Assembly (NCBI GenBank): GCA_965644265.1
Contig: OZ286460.1
Location: 19,654,001 to 19,718,000 of the forward strand
Direction: 5' to 3'
DNA length: 64,000 nt
Source of the DNA: Glycera tridactyla
Taxonomy: Eukaryota
This document shows, in pieces, positions 51,668 through 59,648 of this stretch; the first letter of the stretch is position 1; every line of letters starts with the position of its first letter. The notes beneath the pieces were generated by a model. That model did no database searches, was not told the DNA's origin, and saw only the letters and a program-made list of their open reading frames with translations. Position numbers and translations under genes: made by a program.

Positions 51668-54600
51668 GACAGGTCATGGCCACCTGCAGAGAATGTAATA
51701 ATGGCATTGGACAATTATAGCAATCATCATACCAATGTAGGCGGAAATTTAGAAATTATGACATGGGATAGAGAAACAATAAATGCACCTATACAACAGA
51801 ATCTGATACAAATATTGATTAAAAATCGCCTCATAACGGCCATGTTGGACACAGGCGCCAGTGTGTCGGCTGTGGAGAGTGATTTAGTGATGAAGCTACT
51901 CCCTCATACCTATTCTACAAGAAAGAAATATACACAGGGAAAAGTGAAAGATGCCCAGGGAAATTATGTCAAAGTAGACGGGATAGTACAGTTGGATTTT
52001 GAGATCCAAAGTGAGAACTTTAGAATTGATGCTCTTATTGTTGAAAAGTTGCCAGTGACACTAATCTTAGGACTACCATTTTTTGTTGAACATGATGTAA
52101 GATTATCATGGGACTCTGTGAAAATTAGAGGAAATAATGCTGAGATTATTGCAACTCTTGTGCGTACAGTGGACAGCAGAGATAGTTTTAATTTAAAGGT
52201 TTGTTGTGACACGGTATGCGGGTCGTACCAAGCGACAATCCTTGATGTATATGGATCATCCAGGGGATGTGCCAAAGGCAGCCCTGTGTATGAAGACATA
52301 TGGTGTGTGAAGACACATAGGGATTTGGTAGATGGTGAAAATCTGATTGTATCCCCGGCAATTGCATATGTGGGCCCCAGGGGAACAGTTACAATTGAGA
52401 TAATTAACCCTACTTCCAGTGATGTAAGACTGTCCGCTGACCAGATAGTAGCAGTAGGAAAATTGTATGCTAAACCAAGTTCTATGGATAATATGTTGCT
52501 AAAGAACCAAGAACCTGTGAGGGGGATGAACTTAGAATATCCACAGATGACCAGTAATGAAACTCAGATGACCAGTAATGAAACTCAGATGACTAGTAAT
52601 GAAACTCAGATGACCAGTAATGAAACTCAGATGACCAGTAATGAAACTCAGATGACCAGTAATGATACACAGATGACCAGTAATGACTTGCAGATGGCCA
52701 GTAATGAAGCACAGATGACCAGTAATGAAACTCAGATGACCAGTAATGAAACTCAGATGACCAGTAATGAAACTCAGATGACCAGTAATGATACACAGAT
52801 GACCAGTAATGACTTGCAGATGGCCAGTAATGAAGCACAGATGACCAGTAATGAAACTCAGATGACCAGTAATGATACACAGATGACCAGTAATGACTTG
52901 CAGATGGCCAGTAATGAAGCACAGATGACCAGTAATGAGACGTGCACAACCAGTAATGAAACCCAGGTTACCAGTGAGGATGCTCAGATTTCTAGTAATG
53001 ATGCTCAAACAATTGATGCTAGAACTCAGATTATTGATGATGGAGTACAAACTAGTGGTGATATGATTAACCTGATGCAGGTATTACGATCATTTGAACT
53101 GAAAGTACCGCCGGTAATGATTATGATTGAAACCAATGATTTAAGGGTTGTGGCTACACAAACTGAACCAGATATATTGAATCAGACGCGTGTGATAACC
53201 TACAAACCGATTGACTGGCAACAGTATCTAGATGATGACTTGCCTGAGGATGTTTATGAAAAACTTATCAAGGTGTTGGAGTTCCATAGGCCATGTTTTG
53301 CTATGGACTTGTCAGAGTTAGCAAGAGTGAATGATTATGAACATGTTATTGAACTGAAACATGATGCCAAGGTAGTGCACCAAAAACCGTATCGTGTGAC
53401 ACCTGAGAATAGTATAGAAATCGAGAGACAGATAAAAATTTTGCGTGAACATGGGCTAGTAGATTTTAGTGATTCCTACTGGTCGAGCCCTGTGTTATTG
53501 GTAGACAAGAAACCTGATTTCCCTGGAGCACCAATCACCAAAAGACTTTGTATTGATCTGAGGAAATTAAACAGGGAAATTTTACTGAATAGCTTCCCAG
53601 TACTGACGCTCGATGAAATTATTCATCGACTGGCGATAGCTAAACATAAATGGTTTATTAATCTTGATTTGAAATCTGCATATTTCTCTATCCCTTTGTC
53701 ACCAGAAAGTCAACATCTGGTGTCATTTGTTACGCAGAGTGGCTGTTATAAAATGACTTCCTGTCCGTTCGGGTTAAAAAGCTCGCCGAGCAGTTTCTCT
53801 CAGGTGATGATGAGGTGCTTAGCACCATTAGATCAAACCAAGATATTGAACTATATGGATGATATCGTGTTGACAGGAGACACGCCTGAGGATCTCCTGG
53901 AAACATTGAATGCAGTGTGTTGGAGACTCAGGACTGTTGGGTTATCACTCACGCCATCCAAGTGTCATTTCATGAAGAGACAGATAAAATTCTTAGGCCA
54001 AATATTTGATCAGACAGGATGCCGATCAGACTATGCGAAGATAAAAACTGTGGCTATCTTTCCCACCCCGACTGATGTACGAGGAGTGCGTAAGTTGATG
54101 GGATTGTTGAATTGGCAGAGACGGTATATAAACCGATTTAGTCATTATGCATCAGTCCTTTATGAACTCCTTACAAAGGATGCCGAGTTTGAATGGACTG
54201 ATAAGCATCAGAAGGCAATGGACTGGCTGAAAACTCAAGTGCTGGAAAATGTAGTGCTATACTACCCGAAAGTAGACCACCCCTTTGTGATATACACGGA
54301 TGCATCGGCAAGAGCTGTGGGCTCATTAACATTACAGAAGGATGGTGACAGTCAATTGAAACCTGTGGCATTTCTCAGCCACTGCCTATCTAAAGCACAA
54401 CAAAAATATCACTCAAACGAACTGGAAGTTTTAGCAGTTGTTATTGCACTGACACATTTGAAATATTTCATCACAACGGAAACTCCTGTTGAAATCTTCA
54501 CGGATAATGTTACTAATGTATTTTTCCAATCATTGTCTCTGAAAACAGGTCGGCTATTTCGCTATCATCTGTTCTTATCGAGATATAATTTGAAAATCAG

Positions 54601-57499
54601 GTTCACTAATGGGTGGAGAAATCAATGCGCCGACACTTTGAGTAGATTTCCGAATTTGGAAAATTTGGAAGAACTGCAGGATGAAGGACTAGACAACATT
54701 ACACATACAGATATACCGACATCAATCAATTACAAACACACAATACAAACAATAAACTGCATAATGTCTATGGGTGAGCTGACTTCCGATAGCGCTGAGG
54801 TATTTGAATCAGAGTTTGAGGCAGATGAGAGTTCTCTTTGGCAGGTACCTGATAAATACCTTTTGCCAGTCATTTCAGAGTCTGTTTCTGAGAAGAAAGT
54901 AGTACCCCAATGGTCAGATAGATTGGTTACACAAGAAGCAAGTAGTATTGCGAATGAGCGATTATATGACAGGGAATCGGAATTTTGCATGTTTGATAGA
55001 CCAGCTGGGGCACGAGAGGCGGTGACACGGCCTGTTCCGGCTGATAAAGCGAGTCATCCTGGTGGGCAGTCGGATGAAGAACCACCACCGGGAGGGCTGC
55101 CCGAGCATCACGACGAGGGTGTAGATGACACGCAGGCTATAGACGCTCCCCTCGTACCGAGGCCTCGACTGTTATCAGATGAACGGCAGTCAACTGTAAA
55201 CAATCAGAAAGACATGGGAGGTATTAGGGATGCTGATTATGATATCGTGGGTGACGGTATATTTGAGACTGGGGATGAACTGATAAAAAGACAGACAAGA
55301 TTTTGTGAAGGAAGCCCTGAAAACCTATTGCGATTTTTCCGTGATGAACAGACAGATATACGGTTTGAACAAATTGACGACCGCTTGGGGCAAGACTTTG
55401 AAGACCTGCAATTATCATTTTTACATGATACCGCCAAATTGGCTGAAGAACAACATTTAGACAGTGATTTTAAACATATTATTGAGTACAAACAGGCTGG
55501 TGAATTGCCTACCATTAAGAAACAGGCAATGAAGGTGTTGGCTGAAGACCACAAATACTTTTTGGATGAAAATGGAATACTTTACCGCATATATACACAT
55601 TCAAAAGGGAAATCTGCTAAAACATATAGACAATTGTGTCTACCTGCTCAATATCGAGCCAGGATGGCCCATTTATTTCATGATGGACCAATGGCTGGTC
55701 ATAGAGGTTTTGACAAAATGTACACATTGGTGATGCAGTATTTCTACTACCCCAGGTGTTATGAAGAATTGCTGAAGTATTGTCAAACCTGCGAAATTTG
55801 TGCTAAATCAAAGGTCACTCAAGGGCAAGTGAGAGTACCGCTGCAAATTAGAGAAGCTCCTGTATATATATTTGACACAGTACACATCGATTTTTTGAAG
55901 TTATATAAGACACGTGACGGATATGTATATGTTTTATCTATGATTGATCGGTTCACACATTGGGCGGAATTAGTACCCACTAAAGATCAATTAGCAAAGA
56001 CAACAGCTTTAGCTGTCGTGCGAGAATGGATATTTCGCCATGGCTTAATGAGATGCATTATTTGTGACCGATCTATGTCATTCATGGGGCAAGTATTCAG
56101 AAATATTTTGAAATTACTCAAGGTAAGAATGATTTTCATTTCACATATGAACCCAAAAAGTAATAGCCGGGTGGAAACACTTAATCGGTTGGTAATATCT
56201 AAACTGAGAGCGTCCTTACAACAAGTTTCACATACAGATTGGACAGAATTACTACCTGCAGTGGCATTCACATTGAACACGACTCCACTGCCTTGTGGCT
56301 TTTCACCATATCAATTGGTGTGTGCTAAATCACCAAATTTGGGGAGTCAAATGCTTCTAACTGATCCCTCCATGATACCTGAGGATCCAAGAGAAGTCAT
56401 CCGGGAATTGTGGGGAGATTTAGCAATTATTCGTATGGAGGCTCAGAAAAATATGCTTGAACTCGATAAAGCCATGAAAGCTAGGTATGATCGGAAATAT
56501 AGAACTAAACCTGATGAATTTCGTGAGGGAGATCTAGTGTGGCTGGTGGCACCACACACCATCCTGGTGGGTCAGGGCAAGCTGAAATCAAAGAAACTGG
56601 GCCCATTTGAAATTGCATGTAGGGTGGCCCCCACATTGGTTCAATTATGCCTGGTTGATTCGGCAGTGTGGTTGCCATCATTGACCAGCACCAGCAGGTT
56701 AGTGCCATACGTACATCCTGTTAATTCATCATTACGTATGCAATTACAAACTGAAGTAAAAATTAATAAGAAACATGAGCGCTTTGCAAATTTGGGACGA
56801 GTTGAGTGGGAACAGGAACTAAATGAGAATGATGATGTGACAGGTAACTTACCCATAAATGATGATGAAAACGCTTCACAGGATGTGGCTGACCAATGTA
56901 ACTCCCCACCGTTATTGGATAGTGGCGAAGGTGTGGATGATGTGCCTCAAAGAATGGTGTCCTCGACATCTGGTGATGGAGGGGTGTCCAATAGTCGAAG
57001 AAATGTACAAACTGTATGTGAATCCACAGTGATATCCGGTGTTGGAATGTCTCATGGTGGGCACACAAAAATAACAGAAATGTCAGATAGTGGAATAATT
57101 GACCCACCAGCTCAACCTACGGCCAGTCATATAATTCACTCTGATGACGTCCAAAATGATGCGGATGCGGATGATGGAAATGAGAGAGCTGTTGCTTCTC
57201 AAAAATGTAGATCAAAACGTAAATATTTACAAATGTACAATCGTGCAAAAATATATGGTAACCGATTGGCTGCTACTTCCCGGGGCAAGCCTACTAGCAA
57301 TGTCAAACAAAAAGTGGCTGGAGTATCCAAAAGTGATTTGGCCAAGGATATAGTAAAACTGCTTGCATCAAGGAAAAGTAAAGATGGTACGAGGAGTTTT
57401 GAGTGTTTGTACGCGACTCATCCTAGGTCATGGCTGAAGGAGTCCTTGATCCCGACAGTTTTTATCGACGATTATGATTATCGGCACCGGGTGAAATGA
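51668..57499 (+). CDS. pol: Pol polyprotein (protease, RT, RNase H, integrase), same frame as gag after a single TAG
   Basis: LDTGAS (D at 51848); RT YMDD (53852); RNase H YTDAS/ELE/FTDN (54299 onward); IN HHCC (55679-55801), D-D-E core (first D 55889), GPF (56600). Confidence 0.97.
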   Translation, partial: DRSWPPAENVIMALDNYSNHHTNVGGNLEIMTWDRETINAPIQQNLIQILIKNRLITAMLDTGASVSAVESDLVMKLLPHTYSTRKKYTQGKVKDAQGNYVKVDGIVQLDFEIQSENFRIDALIVEKLPVTLILGLPFFVEHDVRLSWDSVKIRGNNAEIIATLVRTVDSRDSFNLKVCCDTVCGSYQATILDVYGSSRGCAKGSPVYEDIWCVKTHRDLVDGENLIVSPAIAYVGPRGTVTIEIINPTSSDVRLSADQIVAVGKLYAKPSSMDNMLLKNQEPVRGMNLEYPQMTSNETQMTSNETQMTSNETQMTSNETQMTSNETQMTSNDTQMTSNDLQMASNEAQMTSNETQMTSNETQMTSNETQMTSNDTQMTSNDLQMASNEAQMTSNETQMTSNDTQMTSNDLQMASNEAQMTSNETCTTSNETQVTSEDAQISSNDAQTIDARTQIIDDGVQTSGDMINLMQVLRSFELKVPPVMIMIETNDLRVVATQTEPDILNQTRVITYKPIDWQQYLDDDLPEDVYEKLIKVLEFHRPCFAMDLSELARVNDYEHVIELKHDAKVVHQKPYRVTPENSIEIERQIKILREHGLVDFSDSYWSSPVLLVDKKPDFPGAPITKRLCIDLRKLNREILLNSFPVLTLDEIIHRLAIAKHKWFINLDLKSAYFSIPLSPESQHLVSFVTQSGCYKMTSCPFGLKSSPSSFSQVMMRCLAPLDQTKILNYMDDIVLTGDTPEDLLETLNAVCWRLRTVGLSLTPSKCHFMKRQIKFLGQIFDQTGCRSDYAKIKTVAIFPTPTDVRGVRKLMGLLNWQRRYINRFSHYASVLYELLTKDAEFEWTDKHQKAMDWLKTQVLENVVLYYPKVDHPFVIYTDASARAVGSLTLQKDGDSQLKPVAFLSHCLSKAQQKYHSNELEVLAVVIALTHLKYFITTETPVEIFTDNVTNVFFQSLSLKTGRLFRYHLFLSRYNLKIRFTNGWRNQCADTLSRFPNLENLEELQDEGLDNITHTDIPTSINYKHTIQTINCIMSMGELTSDSAEVFESEFEADESSLWQVPDKYLLPVISESVSEKKVVPQWSDRLVTQEASSIANERLYDRESEFCMFDRPAGAREAVTRPVPADKASHPGGQSDEEPPPGGLPEHHDEGVDDTQAIDAPLVPRPRLLSDERQSTVNNQKDMGGIRDADYDIVGDGIFETGDELIKRQTRFCEGSPENLLRFFRDEQTDIRFEQIDDRLGQDFEDLQLSFLHDTAKLAEEQHLDSDFKHIIEYKQAGELPTIKKQAMKVLAEDHKYFLDENGILYRIYTHSKGKSAKTYRQLCLPAQYRARMAHLFHDGPMAGHRGFDKMYTLVMQYFYYPRCYEELLKYCQTCEICAKSKVTQGQVRVPLQIREAPVYIFDTVHIDFLKLYKTRDGYVYVLSMIDRFTHWAELVPTKDQLAKTTALAVVREWIFRHGLMRCIICDRSMSFMGQVFRNILKLLKVRMIFISHMNPKSNSRVETLNRLVISKLRASLQQVSHTDWTELLPAVAFTLNTTPLPCGFSPYQLVCAKSPNLGSQMLLTDPSMIPEDPREVIRELWGDLAIIRMEAQKNMLELDKAMKARYDRKYRTKPDEFREGDLVWLVAPHTILVGQGKLKSKKLGPFEIACRVAPTLVQLCLVDSAVWLPSLTSTSRLVPYVHPVNSSLRMQLQTEVKINKKHERFANLGRVEWEQELNENDDVTGNLPINDDENASQDVADQCNSPPLLDSGEGVDDVPQRMVSSTSGDGGVSNSRRNVQTVCESTVISGVGMSHGGHTKITEMSDSGIIDPPAQPTASHIIHSDDVQNDADADDGNERAVASQKCRSKRKYLQMYNRAKIYGNRLAATSRGKPTSNVKQKVAGVSKSDLAKDIVKLLASRKSKDGTRSFECLYATHPRSWLKESLIPTVFIDDYDYRHRVK
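52544..53005 (+). repeat. In-frame 21-nt tandem repeat in pol (QMTSNET x19 plus ~3 degenerate units)
   Basis: Unit CAGATGACCAGTAATGAAACT, read directly; variant block NDT/NDL/ASNEA recurs three times. Confidence 0.97.
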
Positions 57500-57715
57500 C
57501 GCTGATTGATTGTTTGTGACATACGTAATGAATATATGATAGTAATTGTCTAATGGTGTGCGCTTACAGTGATGTGTTCACATATATATATATATATATA
57601 AATATATATAAAAGTGTCTATACTAGGTGTCCTTATGTTTGTTCACAAGTCATGAATGGCAAGAAAAATGGAAATGCATGTCAGAAGGCTGCTGCCATCA
57701 TGATACTGCCCACAT

Positions 57716-59122
57716 TTATAGATTGTTTTGGCCATTCTCGATGTTGATGGCGCTGGCCAGGGATGTGAGCGCTCGGCGGTTTCGGTTGTGTGGACGGCTA
57801 CGGCGGGCTAGCTGTGTGCGTCGGATGATGGGTCGAGATTCCTGCGCCATGGGTCGGATTGTCATTACAAGCCTCCGTCTTGGTGGGTTGGCTGGAGGCT
57901 GATGTGGATAATCTGAGCCACCGTGATTGGTCTCTGACACGGATTCCGTGACTTCATTCGCTGCAACGGCCTGGTCTTGCGTAATGTAGTCAACGGCCAT
58001 CCGTGTGGATATTGTCATGTCATTTGTACTCAGATCCATGGGTGACCCTTGGGGGGATGATGGAGCTGAATGGGGGTGACTGGAGGGGCTGCCCTCTGGT
58101 GTCCTCTCAGATTGGGGGGTCTCCGATTCCCCGAAGAATCTGTAGATGGGGTACATTCCTGTGGGTGACTGGGATACCCTGGGATTTGTACCTGATGTGG
58201 ATGTCTCCAGAGTCGGGTCCTCATATTGGGTGGCAACACTGGTGTATGTTGTCTCCACTTGGGTACCTTGGTCAACGGTACCTGGTGAGGTGGTTGGGCC
58301 ACTTGTGGGAATGCGTGGGTTGGTTGACCTGTTATGGTGATAGGCTGCAGTGCGTACCTGGGAAGGGTGTAGGTGTGACTGGTTGTTCATCATGAGGGTG
58401 GATGGAGCACTGGGCATTGCCGCAGTGTTAGTTAGCAAGGTCGAGGATGATCCAGGGTGTGTAGCCCATGTTGGGGGCATGGGTACAACTTGGGTTGGAT
58501 ACCCACTGTTGTATGGATATCCTGATCTTGCACGCCCGATGTGTGGTGGTATCACACATTCAAGTCGACCAGTTGTCCAGTACTCCCGTACCGCATTGAT
58601 CAATGGGTGACACGGTTGAATGTCGTACATACCATGAAAATGGATGCGGGAATGCAGTTCGATATATTCAGTCTGGTCATGAATGGTGAGGGCGAGTACC
58701 GAGAACGACCTTGGTGTCGAGAAGACATGATGCAGCAGGGCTCTGGCCCCTTCGTCCTGCATTGGATGTCGGCTGCGCTGGCGTCCATACACTTGTAGAA
58801 AATGATCGGCACCCACTTCCCGGATAGTAGGTGCGCTCACATACTTATATTGCAGTAATTTCTTCATTGCAAGGCAGAACCGAGTGTTCCGCTCGACTTG
58901 CATCTCGGTAGGTTGGTAGAAGGTTACGATCTGTGACTCCGTCATGATGTTTGATGTCAGTTTGTCTTGGATGATGAAATGAGTATCAACAGGAACAACT
59001 GTGATGAGTGTGTGGTAGGGTGTAGATCCAAGTGAGGAATGATCTGCAGAGGTGAGTATCTCGAAATGTGGCATCAGGGGGAGGAGCTGATTCTGATTGG
59101 AAATCAGTGAGTGGTGAGTCAT
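57716..59122 (-). CDS. Antisense accessory ORF of the retroelement, 468 aa, unknown function
   Basis: 1407-nt uninterrupted ATG-initiated frame filling the pol-env gap, with no long sense ORF opposite it; ordered-looking N-terminal ~190 aa, S/T/P-rich disordered C-terminus, Arg-rich tail. Confidence 0.85.
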   Translation of the reverse strand: MTHHSLISNQNQLLPLMPHFEILTSADHSSLGSTPYHTLITVVPVDTHFIIQDKLTSNIMTESQIVTFYQPTEMQVERNTRFCLAMKKLLQYKYVSAPTIREVGADHFLQVYGRQRSRHPMQDEGARALLHHVFSTPRSFSVLALTIHDQTEYIELHSRIHFHGMYDIQPCHPLINAVREYWTTGRLECVIPPHIGRARSGYPYNSGYPTQVVPMPPTWATHPGSSSTLLTNTAAMPSAPSTLMMNNQSHLHPSQVRTAAYHHNRSTNPRIPTSGPTTSPGTVDQGTQVETTYTSVATQYEDPTLETSTSGTNPRVSQSPTGMYPIYRFFGESETPQSERTPEGSPSSHPHSAPSSPQGSPMDLSTNDMTISTRMAVDYITQDQAVAANEVTESVSETNHGGSDYPHQPPANPPRRRLVMTIRPMAQESRPIIRRTQLARRSRPHNRNRRALTSLASAINIENGQNNL

Positions 59123-59189
59123 GATTGGGGAGTTGGACGCTGTGAAATGAAAAGTGCATGGGGTAAGTTTATGGTGTTTTTTTTTTATA
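59123..59189 (-). promoter_or_regulatory. Candidate minus-strand splice acceptor (AG at 59141-59140) and TATAAAA (59189-59183) upstream of the antisense ORF
   Basis: Minus strand reads gTATAAAAAAAAAAcacc...cttac...cacttttcatttcacAG|cgtccaactccccaatcATG. Confidence 0.55.
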
Positions 59190-59625
59190 CAGTGATAAGA
59201 CGTAATAGTGGGAGCCCAAATGGATTGGACAGGTGGGCAGGTAGGTTGTTGGGGTCGTAGATTACGACATCACTGTGGCACAGGTGGTCGAATGATTAAA
59301 GGGGGGTCAGTTAGTTGGTGATGATGGTCTGACTTGATGTAAAGTAGACCATTGTATGTATGTCTACTCGATGCATAGTGGATATTGGTGAAACGGAGCT
59401 TCAGCTAGGAGCTGTGGAGGTGTAAGATTGAAGCCGAGGGTAATTAATCAACATGATGGAAAGTGAATGGTAGTTGCTCATGGCGGAGAGCTATAGAAAA
59501 TGGGGTGAGGCTTAATCAGACCGTTTAGAGAATTAAATTGGGCAGATGGAAGAAGTATAAATGAGAGACGATGGACGACGGCACGGGAGGCGACTGTATG
59601 ATTAATCACGCAGGATACGCGTGGC

Positions 59626-59644
59626 CTCTGTTTTATGTTTTCAG
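59626..59644 (+). promoter_or_regulatory. Splice acceptor for subgenomic env mRNA
   Basis: ctctgttttatgttttcAG|G, 4 nt before an in-frame ATG (59649) and 49 nt before the signal-peptide Met (59694). Confidence 0.65.
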
Positions 59645-59648
59645 GAAT

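Noticed and set aside
52532-53050. Minus-strand ORFs (ITGHLSF and HYWSSEF repeats) and a possible CRISPR-like look of the array
   Set aside because: They are antisense readings of the stop-free 21-nt repeat; units are contiguous with no unique spacers and there are no cas genes.
48235-57107. Numerous 60-130 aa minus-strand or off-frame ORFs within gag and pol
   Set aside because: Shadow ORFs of long coding frames.
57553-58812. Short ORFs overlapping the 468-aa antisense ORF in other frames
   Set aside because: Shadows of a GC-richer coding region; no motifs.
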